Shown here: in pieces, positions 46,824 through 59,037 of the stretch
How the letters are laid out: each line of letters begins with the position of its first letter
Position numbering within the stretch: the first letter of the stretch is position 1
Assembly: GCA_964019425.1 (NCBI GenBank)
Contig: OZ025780.1
Location: 1,550,001 to 1,614,000 of the forward strand
Direction of reading: 5' to 3'
DNA from: Flectonema sp. DT1601
Taxonomy: Eukaryota
DNA: 64,000 nt
The notes under the pieces: model-generated
Seen by the model: only the letters and a program-made list of their open reading frames with translations
Database searches by the model: none
Told to the model about the DNA's origin: nothing
Made by a program: the position numbers and the translations under genes

Positions 46824-49684
46824 ATGTCTGTGAACTCAAATCCAATTAAGGAAAAGAGTGATGCGGAGTCTGATATGAAGAGTGTCACAGAATCAGATTT
46901 TTCTGGAAATGCAACTCTTGAAAAACCCGACAACAAATCACGCGACGAAGACAAACCTCCTTCAGAAGAGAATCCTCCATCTGATGACAAGCCGCCTTCG
47001 GAAGAAAAACCTGCCCCGGCAGAGAAACCTCCTCTTCCGACAAATAAAACATCAGCAGCAAAGAGACGAGGACTCCCAAAGTTCGCCATGGCTGTGGCAG
47101 CATTTAGAATGAATAAAAAAGAACGAGAAGAAGAAGAAGACTTTCGCATACTAAAACAAACCGCAGAGACTAAGAAAAGAATAAACGAAGCCAAGGAAAC
47201 GAGTGGCATCCTTGCAGATGATGCTTGGGTTCCTGTGTGGGAATCTTTCTTATTGTGCGCAACTTTATATTTTGAAGTCATCGTGACGCTGAATGATATT
47301 TACGGAAATTGGATACCCGAAGTAAATATACCACTCGACTTGATAGGTTGTGGATTATTCTGTGTCGATACTGTCGTAAGAGTATTCATGGCAAGGTCTG
47401 ATGTACGAGACGCTAGTAAGGAACGACGGTTATGGAGATTAGCATTGTGGTTTTGTTGCGACTTCCTTTCAGCCCCTCCATGGCATCTTGTTGCTCACGC
47501 TGCTGGTTATTCTGTCTACCGAGATGCTTTGTATCACTTACCTCTTCTTCGAATTTTCCGAGTCGTGACTTACTTCGAGCAGGTAAACCCAGATGCGATT
47601 AGCGCTAAATACGTTTACGTTTACTATCAGATTGTACCGATGATTCAATTATTGTTTTGGACTCTTTGGTTTCTTCATTTCTTTGTCATCTGTCGCCTCG
47701 CTCTGATTGGTGATCGGCGGTACGAAACTGATTCTTATAACATAGCTGCTTACTATGTGTTGTATACAGGTGTGTTGTTTTTCTTTTTTTTTCATGTGTT
47801 AGCTGTATTAAGAAAATTCAATAAAAAACAAACAAACAGTCACAACTGTGGGATACGGTGACATAGAAGTACAGAGTACTGGTGAACGGAGTTTTGCGTG
47901 TTTTTTATTTGTATTCGGTGCCTTTGCTAATGCTGGTATTATTGGTGTGTGGTTGACTTTAAAGAAATGTGTTTTAGTAAAAGACGAGCAAAAACAAAAC
48001 AAAACAGGTAAACTGTCAAAAATGATGCAGGCTCACGATATCAAAAGCGAGCGCAAGGCTCGTATGATGGAAACACTTGCTGTTATGAAATATTTTAATA
48101 TCCCTATCGCGTACGTATTGTTTCTTTTCTTTTATTTCTCTTAACTCACAGTTTTTTTTTTTTTTTTTGCATTTAACAAGTATTGTAAGAACGAAAAAGA
48201 ATGTTGGCAGCACACGTAAACCTCCTTTAGCTTTATCAGTTTAAGTCGGTTCACGGTTTCGTGCACAAACAAAAAATCACAGTGTTATATCATTATTTTC
48301 TGTATAGTGAAGTTAAAGCCAATTCTTTTTTTGTTTTCCCTGCTCTTACAAAAAAAAAAAAAAAAAAAAACGATAACCACACAGATTACAACATGAGGTT
48401 TTGGCATTTCAAAATCATATTTTACAACACAATGTCGGGTCATCTTATGCTAAAATAATTAATGGACTTCCTGTATCAATGCAGGAGCACATTGGTTTGT
48501 ATGTTCGAATAAAGTTTATTAGCGCCGTAGAAATGTTTCAATCAGCATGTGTTGACTGCAAAGTATGTCTTGCTGAGGGATTAAAGAACGTTGTTTATGC
48601 ACCTGGTGACTACATTATTAGGTCCGGAGATGTGGGAATGGAAATGTTTTTTATGGGTCATGGGTATGCTGATGTTCTCTCCCCTGAGGGTAGCCATTTA
48701 GCAACAATAAAAAAGGGAGGTTTCTTCGGTGAAATCGCACTTCTGATTGAAACACTTCGTACAGCAAGTATAAGAGCCCTGACGTACTGCGATCTCTTTA
48801 GGTTGGACAGAGCTCATTTTCATAGGATCTTGGATGGCTTTCCGGAATTTAACGCCGTCATTCAGCAGGAAATTGAATCGAGGAAATCGAAAATCGCACT
48901 TCAAAAACACGAAACCAAAGACAAAGAAGAAGAAGTGAAAGAGGACGACAACAACAACAACAACAACAACACTAACAACAACACTAACAACACTAATACT
49001 AATAACAACATTGCAACCAGTCACGAAATGCAACATGTTGAAGTTGAAGAAGGCACACCTGATGTAGATCAAGAGAGAAGCTCTCCATTACGACAAGCCC
49101 CTGGGTTACTATTAACACCTCGGATAGATAGTAGTGATGAAGATACTTTAGCAACGTCATTACGTGTATTAAGAGAGAATACTGGTTTGAGAGATAGAAA
49201 GGAAAGTCAAGCAGCTTCTTCTTCATGTGACCATCCAAGTCGAGCTCTTAGTCCCAACCCGAGATTTAGACAAGTTGGAACAGATAGAGAAGAGTACAGT
49301 GATTTGAATTCAGGAGTTCCCTCATCAGTTTTGAGATCGCTTCGTAGAAGTATCGTAGAAACTGCTTACAGTGATAACCATAATCTCTGGTCAGAAGATG
49401 TAATCCATCCAGGCAGACGACGTGGAAGTAATGTTACAGGTGGTGGTGGTAATGGTGGTGGAAGTAGTTTCTTAGAATTAAAGGACATCCTATCACAAAT
49501 ATCAACTGCTGTAAGTGGTGTAGAATCCCGTATCACTACACTAGAAGCTGCTCAAAGTGCAAAAAACACTCAGGAAGTACATCTTAAAATACCAAATGTC
49601 CCGTCTCCTACAATGAGACTACGCTCGACAATTAGAGATCGTATCATTCGACAGAACAAGAAAGAACCAAAGAAAAAAGAATAG
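46824..49684 (+). CDS. Cyclic-nucleotide-binding-domain potassium channel (KCNH/HCN/CNG-like); exons 46824-47769, 47840-47944, 48008-48110, 48385-49684; 817 aa
   Basis: Splicing reconstitutes the TTVGYGD selectivity filter. S1-S6 hydrophobic segments and a C-linker are followed by a CNBD with GD.G.EMFF and FFGEIALL...RTASIRALTYCDLFRL. Confidence 0.92.
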
Positions 49685-50029
49685 AACACCGTCAGCAATC
49701 TGTTATAACGTTAGAGCTCTGTGATGAGTCGGTTGCTAGTGTAGAAACTCAAGAGCTCATTCAGCATCATTGCAATCTTCTACAGGGTTTGTTGATGATG
49801 TATTTTTTTTTTTTTTTTTTTTTATTATTTAATTAAAATTCGTAATCCTAGTTTCACCACATGTTTTTTCATACTTTTTTCCCCCAGAGTTAAAAAAAAA
49901 AAAAAAAAAAAGACTACCTCAATTCTCTCTTTCTCTCTTTGCTATACCCCCTTTTCCCCCCCTTTTTTTTTGGGGGTATTTTACGTACAAAACCAAATAG
50001 TTAACCCCCTTTTTTTTTGGAAAACGTTG

Positions 50030-50116
50030 GGAGGGGAGGGTTGCACTCTTCACAAACAAAAAATCCGCAAGCCAAATTTTGGGTCGAACTATTTTTGTTG
50101 AATTAGAGGTTTTCCC
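50030..50116. mobile_element. Solo, internally deleted right end of the Mutator-like family seen at 4514-5740
   Basis: ttgcactctt...ccgcaagccaaattttgggtc...aactatttttgttgaattagaggttttccc matches 5593-5740 with deletions. Confidence 0.75.
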
Positions 50117-50608
50117 TTTTTTTTTTTTTTTTTTTTTCTAAATCGAAGAAGCAGCGTTAGCTTTTCAGATTAACGTTCATGCATTTTGTTTTCATCATTA
50201 TTGTCCTTCTTTTTTCTTTTCTTTCCACTCTCTTCGTTTTCATAAGCGGCCTTAGATGCTTTGTTTCCAGTAGGTGAAGTGTGGTTCTTTTACAAGTACT
50301 GATGTACGCCTACTATTTCCTTTCCCCCCCCCTTTTTTTTTTGACGAATTCGTTTTGAATACTGTGTTCCAATAATGCCCAACATAGTCAGTTGGGTTTA
50401 TCGATGTTAGCTGGTAGTGAACGGGGGAAAAAAATAGTAATAATAATAATAATAATAATAATGATAAAGAACATTTGTGGGTTTGCATTTTGCTTATTAT
50501 TCTGTGTACTTGTTTTTTTTTTTTTTTTTTAAATTTACTTTTTTTAAGGCAAGCTGATATAATGATCAACTTTAGATTAAACAAGTGTGTTTTCCAACGT
50601 CTTGTTCC

Positions 50609-50640
<32 letters not shown>

Positions 50641-51238
50641 TACCTACAATCCCATTGTTCGGTAGAAAGAGAATTGTGTCAGCGCAACTAACCTATTCCT
50701 TTATTAGGATTTTGTATCTGGTTGCGCACAAACGAAATAAAAGTGTTAGTGAGTAAGTAAAAAGTGAAGTTTGCCGATTCTTTTTTTTTATTTTTTATAT
50801 TTAACTCCCCTGCTGAACAACAATTACGTTGTCGAAGAGTAGAGTAGAGACCTTTCTTGGTCTTCGAGATTCCTCTTATTGTGCATCTCTCTCCTCCTCC
50901 TCCTCCTCCTCCTCCTTTTTACTTTTTTTTTTTTTTTTTTTAAATATTTCACACTTTAGTTACCTGTTCGTTGTTTCCACAGCGAATATCTATTCCCCCC
51001 TTCTTTTTGCTGTTGTTTGGGATTGCCCAACCGAGATGTTTTATATCAGTCTTTGTACTGTAGTGATGTTCACCTTAGTAGTAATATACACATCTCTTCA
51101 CAAACAGGAATACAAGGTATCGCATGATAGATGATCGTCTTTTGTTTAATAGTTGTCACAGTTCAGAAATCCATCACTTTCCATCTTCTCTGTAGTTTAG
51201 TTTTTAAAACTTTCCAAAACTTTCTAAAACTTTTTAAT

Positions 51239-51700
51239 ATGTCCACCGAAAAGATCAACACCCAGCAGTACCAGGGGTACCAAGAGCATGTTTATCCAGC
51301 TCCTGTAGGAGGACAGCCAATGGGTCAGACTGTAGTCGTTGTTGAGGAGAAAGATGATTTTGTACCTGCCTGCCTGGGAACAGGCTTTTGCGGTTTAGTG
51401 GGACTTTGTTTCTTCGGATGTTGCTGCAACACTCCAACGGGTAGAGTTGGTGCTGCTACTGGATGCATTATCAATGGTGGTATTGCTTTTATTTTGTACC
51501 TCGTTTTGTTGATTATCTACGAGAAGGACTGTGACGACAGTGGATCTGATAGTGGAGTTTGCAAACTGCCGATGATGAAATCCCTTGGCATCCTTATTGC
51601 TTATGTTGTCGTTGCAGCCGTCACCATCGTTGCAGCCATCATATTTCGTAAAAAGTACATCAGAGAACTCCAACAAAGACAGAACGGAATGATTGTCTGA
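51239..51700 (+). CDS. Small Cys-rich multi-pass membrane protein, tandem copy 1
   Basis: Q/Y/P-rich N-terminus, CLGTGFCGLVGLCFFGCCCNTPTGRVGAATG segment and two further TM helices. The likely start is the ATG after the pyrimidine tract-AG. Confidence 0.85.
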   Translation: MSTEKINTQQYQGYQEHVYPAPVGGQPMGQTVVVVEEKDDFVPACLGTGFCGLVGLCFFGCCCNTPTGRVGAATGCIINGGIAFILYLVLLIIYEKDCDDSGSDSGVCKLPMMKSLGILIAYVVVAAVTIVAAIIFRKKYIRELQQRQNGMIV

Positions 51701-52302
51701 TTATTCTTTTTTCTTCTGTTAAAATAGGAGGGAGAAGTGACTTTTCTTTTCATTCTTTTATTTGAAATTAAGAAATCTAATCATGTTGACTAAGTTAGGC
51801 CAATCATCTGAGCTGACATGATTCTCGAAAATCTCGAGCTCAAAACTTGTTGGAATGCTTCTATATGTTTGTGGATCTGAATTTTCATCTCTCTTCTCCT
51901 ACATTCTAAAAAAAAAAAAAATCGAATAACGCTCAAAAACTAGCTCCAATAAATGTCGTTTGCGTTGTAAGTAACGCAGGACAATATTTTTCTTTTCTTT
52001 TTCATAAATACGTTTTTCGCTTCATATTTTTTCCCTTATAAATTTTCATCCCTAGCCTGTCTACTAACCAAAAAAAAAAAAAAATTTCCTGTGTTAAATG
52101 GTAAAAGAAATAACCATGTTGATGTGGTCCCTTTGCTGAGAAGGGCAAACGCGATGAGTAGGACAGGCCTGCTTAAGAGGGCTGGGTAAGGGAAATGGTC
52201 CGAAGAGTGATTTCTTAATTTTAGCCCGTTTGTTGTCTGCAGATTTTTGCATTTGATTTTTTTTTTGATTGACTGATAAAACGATATAAAAAAAAAAACA
52301 AA

Positions 52303-52559
52303 GGGACAAACCCCTAATTCCGCGCAAATGTTACTGAAATGTCGGATCTCAACGGGTATACTCCGTCCTGGAATTCTTTAGGACGAGGCTTCGTCTCCAG
52401 AGATATGGGCGAGGAGTGGTATCATTCCTAACCATATGGTGGACTGCGTAATGTGTGAGTTTAGAAAAAAAAAAAAAAAAAAGCTGTCCATTTCGGAAAC
52501 TTTTTGTGTGTTGAGATCTGACATTTCACGAACTTTTATGTGGAATTATAGTTTTTCCC
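52303..52559. mobile_element. Mutator-like MITE in the tandem-array spacer
   Basis: Imperfect TIRs gggacaaacccctaattccgcg...gaaatgtcggatctcaac / gttgagatctgacatttc...gtggaattatagtttttccc. The termini resemble those of the 4514-5740 element. Confidence 0.7.
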
Positions 52560-53860
52560 AAAAAAAAGGACATCTAATGTCCCTACGAATTGCCTACTTC
52601 ACTAGCCATCGATAACCATTGGTGAGAGGTCACTTTTTATTTTAAATTTTATTCGCTCATCAGATTCAACACGCAAGGGATTGTTAGTTATTAATTTTTG
52701 TTTTGTTTTTATTTTTTTTTGCTTCACCAGACTGAGTGTTTTTGTTGTTAACTTGCAAAAGACATTATTCTTAATGGAAATAAACAGCGAATCCCTTTAT
52801 ATATTATTCTCAATGAAAATCAATTAAGTTACCTCCGATCACTGTCTACTTTATTATTTTTATTAATTTGTTGGTAACTCTCTTGAGATAAGTCTCTTTG
52901 TGTGTTAGATGAAGCAACCGAAATAATTTAATACGTAACAGTATTAATCCCCTCTAAAGAGAGCAAGAGAGACGGACTTGCGTTTTCTTTTGATTGGGAT
53001 CTTTACTCAGTGATGTTGTTATTCTCCTTTCTTTCAATTTACTATAAAATAAGTTGACCTTGACTTGATATCGAAGTGTTCTTCCACCTTTCGATTAAGC
53101 CGCTTCTCGATACACGAGAAGTGAGAAAAGGAAAAGGAAACATCTAAAATAGCAGAGTAGTAAAGCTAATGTTAACTTGTGTGTTGAAATCTCTTTTTTT
53201 TTTTTTTTAATTTCGTTGCGTTCTCCCTTCTTATGGGTGAGCTAGTCCGCTTCTTTAACCTTGGCTGTCGTTGTTTCGCTCAGTTGTAATCTTGTCTTTC
53301 CTTCTCTCTAATTAGTTCCCTTCTTTCTGAGGAACTGCCACCTTTCATCAACATGATGAAACTCGTTGTTTGTACCGCCTGTTGGAGGTACTATATTTCC
53401 CTTTCCTTGCAGAGAAAAAAAGAAAAAAAAATACATCTGTGGAGGTATCCATCATGTTGTTGGAGTACAAACCCTGAGTTGGATTTCTCAACTGGTTGGA
53501 ATCCAAAGTAGGAAAACTATTTAATCCAATTGTCACCAACAATAAGTGTAAAGTTTTCCGAAATCAAAGTCAGAATAGTCTCGCGACGTGTGCTCCACTG
53601 ACCCTTTAAGTTTAATTACAGTATCAAGTTGCCTCTATCTTTTTACTGTTGTTTGGGATTACCTATATCAGTCTTTGTACTGTAGTGATGTTCACCTTAG
53701 TAGTAATATACACATCTCTTCACAAACAGGAATACAAGGTATCACATGATAGATGATCGTCTTTTGTTTAATAGTTGTCACAGTTCAGAAATTCATCACT
53801 TTCCATCTTCTCTGTAGTTTAGTTTTTAAAACTTTCCAAAACTTTCTAAAACTTTTTAAT

Positions 53861-54316
53861 ATGTCCACCGAAAAGTGTGTGATCAACTCTCAACAGAACC
53901 AGGGATACGACGTTTATACTGTAGAAGGACAGCCAGTTGGTCAGACTGTAGTTGTTGTTAACGAGAGAAATGATTTTGTATCTGCCTGCTTGGGAACAGG
54001 CTTTTGCGGTTTAGTGGGACTTTGTTTCTTTGGATGTTGCTGCAACACTCCAACGGGTAGAGTTGGTGCTGCTACTGGATGCATTATCAATGGTGGTATT
54101 TCTTTTATTTTGTACCTCGTTTTGTTGATTATCTACGAGAATGACTGTGACGGCAGTGGATCTGATAGTGGAGTTTGCAGACTGCCGATGATGAGATCCA
54201 TTGGCATCCTTATTGCCTATGTTGTCGTTGCCGCCTTCGTCATCGTTGCAGCCATCTTATTTCGTAAAAAGTACATCAGAGAACTCCAACAAAGACAGAA
54301 CGGAATGGTTGTCTGA
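53861..54316 (+). CDS. Small Cys-rich membrane protein, tandem copy 2
   Basis: Close paralogue of copy 1 with a shorter, diverged N-terminus. Confidence 0.85.
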   Translation: MSTEKCVINSQQNQGYDVYTVEGQPVGQTVVVVNERNDFVSACLGTGFCGLVGLCFFGCCCNTPTGRVGAATGCIINGGISFILYLVLLIIYENDCDGSGSDSGVCRLPMMRSIGILIAYVVVAAFVIVAAILFRKKYIRELQQRQNGMVV

Positions 54317-54835
54317 TTATTCTTTTTTCCCCTTTTCTCTCTTTTTCTCTTCTCTTAAAATATTGATGTTTTCTTTCCGTAGAATGAAAAAAAATAAACG
54401 ATTCAAATAAAGGAGAAATGACTTTTTCTTTTCATTCTTTTATTTGAAATTACAAAAAAACTAATCATGTCGACTAAGTTAGGCCAATCATCTGAGCTGA
54501 CGTGATTCTCGAAAATCTCGAGCTCAAAACTTGTTGGAATGCTTCTATATGTTTGTGGATCTGAATTTTCATCTCTCTTCTCCCACATTCCAAAGAAAAT
54601 TTTTGTTCTCGAAAAAGACTCAAAAACTAGCTCCAATAAATGTCGTTTGCGTTGTAAGTAACGCAGGACAATATTTTTCCTTTTCTCTTTTTTATAAATA
54701 CGAAATTTTGCATTTGATTTTTTTTTTTTTTTTTTTTGACTGATAAAGATAAATACTAATTATGTAAAATAAATATTTAATTTGAATTTGAATTTTTTTT
54801 ATTTTTTTTTTATTACTGATAAAACGATATAAAAA

Positions 54836-55147
54836 ACAAAATTCCGCGCCAATGTTACCGAAAACGTCGGATCTCAACACAAGAGTTTCCGAAATGGACA
54901 TCAAAAACACACTCCCCTCCTGTCAGAAACAGGTGTGACTCTTGGCAGTATGAGGCACTAAGCGCGAATTCCCTTCTTACATCAGTTGAGGCTGAACGAG
55001 TATTTTGTGTATAGACGGAGTTTTTAGCCGGATTGCTTTGCCTACGACCTTGGGCAGGCTAAGAAAAAAAAAAAAAAAAAAAAAGCTGTCCATTTCTGTT
55101 GAGATCTGACATTTCGCAAACTTTAATGTGGAATTATAGTTTTTCCC
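54836..55147. mobile_element. Second copy of the spacer MITE, with a different internal sequence
   Basis: Same TIR motifs and same downstream flank (ggacatctaatgt) as 52303-52559. The left terminus is partly deleted. Confidence 0.65.
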
Positions 55148-56190
55148 AAAAAAGGACATCTAATGTTCCTACGAATTGCCTACTTCACTAGCCATCGATA
55201 ACCATTGATGAGAGGTCACTTTTTATTTTAAATTTTATTTCTCTCTTTGCTCATTGGATTCCACATCATACAGGGGATTAAGTTTTTTTGTTTTTGTTTT
55301 TATTTTTCTGCTTTACCGGACTGAGTGTTTTTGTTGTCAACTTGCAAAAGAGCCAACGAAGGAAAACAGTGAATTCTATTCTTAATGAAAAATCAATTAA
55401 GTTACCTCCGATCACTGTCTACTTTATTATTTTTATTAATTTCTTGGTAACTCTCTTGAGATAAGTCTCTTGTGTGTTAAATGAAGCAACCGAAATAATT
55501 TAATTCGTAGCAGTATTAATCCCCTCTGAAGAGAGCAAGAGAGACGGACTTGCGTTTTCTTTTTATGGGGATCTGTGTTCTTGCTAATGTTAACTTGTGT
55601 GTTGAAATATCTCTTTTTTTAAAATTTTGTTGCTTTCTGCCTTCTTATGGGTGAGCTAGTCCGCATCTTTAAACTTGGCTGTCGTTGTTTCGCTCAGTTG
55701 TAATCTTGCCTATCCTTCTCTCTCTAATTAGTTCCTTTCTTTCTGAGGAACCGCCACCTTTCATCAACATGATGAAACTCGTTGTTTGTACCGCCTATTG
55801 GAGGTACTATATTTCCCTTTCTTTGAAGAAAAAAGAAAAAGACATCTGAGGTATCCATTGATAACTAACTTCTGTTGTTGGAGTACAAACTTTGAGTTAG
55901 ATTCTCAACTGGTTGGAATCCAAAGTATGTGCTCTTTACGTTTCATTACAGTATCAAGTTGCCTCTATCTCTTTACTGTTGTTTAGGATTACCTATATCA
56001 GTCTTTGTACTGTAGTGATGTTCACCTTAGTAGTAATATACGCATCTCTTCACAAACAGGAATACAAGGTATCGCATGATAGATGATCGTCTTTTGTTTA
56101 ATAGTTGTCACAGTTCAGAAATTCATCACTTTCCATCTTCTCTGTAGTTTAGTTTTTAAAACTTTCCAAAACCTTCTAAAACTTTTTAAT

Positions 56191-56664
56191 ATGTCCACCG
56201 AAAAGAGTGCGATCAACACCCAGCAGTACCAGGGATACCAAGAGCATGTTTATCCAGCTCCTGTAGGAGGACAGCCAGTTGGTCAGACTGTAGTCGTTGT
56301 TGAGGAGAGAGATGATTTTGTACCTGCCTGCATGGGAACAGGCTTTTGCGGTTTTGTGGGACTTTGTTTCTTCGGATGTTGCTGCAACACTCCAACGGGT
56401 AGAGTTGGTGCTGCTACTGGATGCTTTTTCAATGCTAGTATTGCTTTTATTTTGTGCTTCGTTTTGTTGATTATCTCCGCGAAATACTGTAGCGGCAGTG
56501 GATCTGATAGTGGAGTTTGCAAACTGCCGATGATGAAATCCCTTGGCATTCTTTTTGCTAACCTTTTTGTTGCCTGCTTATTCGTCGTTCTAGCCAACGC
56601 AATTCGTAAAACGTACGTCGTGAAACTTCAACTCCGGAAAGGACAGAGGGGATTGGTTGTCTGA
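56191..56664 (+). CDS. Small Cys-rich membrane protein, tandem copy 3 (divergent C-terminal half)
   Basis: N-terminal half nearly identical to copies 4 and 5; many amino-acid changes in the 3' half. Confidence 0.85.
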   Translation: MSTEKSAINTQQYQGYQEHVYPAPVGGQPVGQTVVVVEERDDFVPACMGTGFCGFVGLCFFGCCCNTPTGRVGAATGCFFNASIAFILCFVLLIISAKYCSGSGSDSGVCKLPMMKSLGILFANLFVACLFVVLANAIRKTYVVKLQLRKGQRGLVV

Positions 56665-58569
56665 TTATTCTTTTTTCTCTCTTTTTCTCTTCTATTAAAG
56701 GAAGTCACTCAAGATCCAAAGGAAGTCATAGATACACACCTAGATTCAAAAATAGGTCATCAAGATGTAGATTTGGACGATAAGGAAACAATAGCTGTTG
56801 CTAATTAGGTTTCAAAACCCAATACTCACTTCGACATCACTGATTACATAACTTCTGAAGATCAAAAGTCAAATGATTTTGTAAGTGGATCCATAAAGCA
56901 CGATGTGTTGTTGTTTTTGTTTAGTGAGCATCAGGAATTATTCTTCGTTTTCACCCTCTTCTCCATATTAGAAAGCAATCATATGTGGGGTTTTTAAAAA
57001 AAACCCTGTCTCTGATTCCTTTCTCTCTCTTTTTTTATCTCTTCTCTTCTACTCTCGATTGTCTTCAGTTTCACGGGAAGTGACAACAGAAGGATGAGGA
57101 TGATAAAAGTTGGGAATAAATACCATTTATTCCCCGAGTTCGAATTCAATGAAGAGATTAAAAAAGAAGAGTGAAATTCTACGTAAACAAACACACGGAA
57201 CCCATTCCAAATACTCAGAATCTATCCGAACCAGTAAATGGTATTTTACATTTACTCTTTACTTTGGTTGCACAGTCATCGTTTGATTTTCGTTTGATTG
57301 ACTGATAAATTATTATTTCCAACAATTTATTTGTTAGGTTTCCCTTTAAAATTTATTTAATATTTATAACATCATACCTTTGTGAAAAAAAAAAAAAAAA
57401 GGGAATTAATTTTTCTGAATTTATTTAGGTTAGATGGTAACGATCTAATCTGTTACTATGTTGAGCTTTTCATCAATTTTTGGCTCCCTAAATAACTGGC
57501 CATTGATAACCATTGGTGAGAGGTCACTTTTTTTTTTTTTTTTTTTTTTTTGTTTCTGTCTTTTTTCTTCGCTCACATCACGCAAGGGATTGTTAGTCAT
57601 TAATTTCTTTTCTTTGATTTTGTTTTTTGCTTCACCAGACTGAGTGTTTTTGTTGTCAATTTGAAAAAGAGAGCCAAGAAAAAAAAAAAAAAAAAAAAAG
57701 GAAAGCAGTGAATTCTATTCTTAATGAAAAATCAATTAAGTTACCTCCGATCACTGTCTACTTTATTATTTTTATTAATTTCTTGGTAACTCTCTTGAGA
57801 TAAGTCTCTTTGTGTGTTAGATGAAGCAACTGAAATAATTTAATACGTAGCAGTATTAATCCCCTCTAAAGAGAGCAAGAGAGACGGACTTGCGTTTTCT
57901 TTTTATTGGGATCTTTGTTCTTGCTAATGTTAACTTGTGTGTTGAAATATCTCTTTTTTCTTTTTTAATTTCGTTGCGTTCTCCCTTCCTGTGGGCGAGC
58001 TAGTCAGATTTTTTAGCCTTGGCTGTCGTTGTTTCTTGAACTCTCCCTCTCTAATTAGTTCCTTTCTTTCTGAGGAACTGCCACCTCTCATCAACATGAT
58101 GCAACTCGTTGTTTGTACCGCCTATTGGAGGTACTATATTTCCCTCTCTTTGAAGAAAAAAGAAAAGGACATCTGTGGAGGTATCCATTGATAACTAACT
58201 TCTGTTGTTGGAGTACAAACTTTGAGTTGGATTTCTCAACTGGTTGGAATCCAAAGTAGGAAAACTGTTTTGGAAAAGTCAGCATAGTCTCGCGACGTGT
58301 GCTCCACTGACCCTTTAAGCTTAATTACAGTATCAAGTTGCCTCTATCTCTTTACTGTTATTTAGGATTACCTATATCAGTCTTTGTACTGTAGTGATGT
58401 TCACCTTAGTAGTAATATACACATCTCTTCACAAACATGAATACAAGGTATCGCATGATTGATGATCGTCTTTTGTTTAATAGTTGTCACAGTTCAGAAA
58501 TTCATCACTTTCCATCTTCTCTGTAGTTTAGTTTTTAAAACTTTCCAAAACTTTCTAAAACTTTTTAAT

Positions 58570-59037
58570 ATGTCCACCGAAAAGAGTGCGATCAACACCC
58601 AGCAGTACCAGGGATACCAAGAGCATGTTTATCCAGCTCCTGTAGGAGGACAGCCAGTTGGTCAGACTGTAGTCGTTGTTGAGGAGAGAGATGATTTTGT
58701 ATCTGCCTGCATGGGAACAGGCTTTTGTGGTCTGACGGGACTTTGTTTCTTTGGATGTTGCTGCAACACTCCAACGGGTAGAGTTGGTGCTGCTACTGGA
58801 TGCATTATCAATGGTGGTATTGCTTTTATTGTGTACCTCGTTTTGTTGATTATCTACGAGAAGGACTGTGACGACAGTGGATCTGATAGTGGAGTTTGCG
58901 CATTGCCGATGATGAAATCCCTTGGCATCCTTATTGCTTATGTTGTCGTTGCCGCCGTCATCATCTTTGCATCCATCATATTTCGTAAAAAGTACATCAG
59001 AGAACTCCAACAAAGACAGAACGGAATGATTGTCTGA
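58570..59037 (+). CDS. Small Cys-rich membrane protein, tandem copy 4
   Basis: Close paralogue of copies 1 and 5. Confidence 0.85.
   Translation: MSTEKSAINTQQYQGYQEHVYPAPVGGQPVGQTVVVVEERDDFVSACMGTGFCGLTGLCFFGCCCNTPTGRVGAATGCIINGGIAFIVYLVLLIIYEKDCDDSGSDSGVCALPMMKSLGILIAYVVVAAVIIFASIIFRKKYIRELQQRQNGMIV

Noticed and set aside
51043..51066. tatcagtctttgtactgtagtg upstream of each tandem gene resembles the 3' end of euglenozoan spliced leaders
   Set aside because: Short match with several mismatches in AT-rich DNA, and it lies upstream of the putative acceptor rather than at it. Likely chance.
51131..51238. 36-codon in-frame N-terminal extension present in all five tandem copies
   Set aside because: It spans the pyrimidine tract and AG acceptor and has intergenic-like composition. 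Recent duplication explains its conservation.
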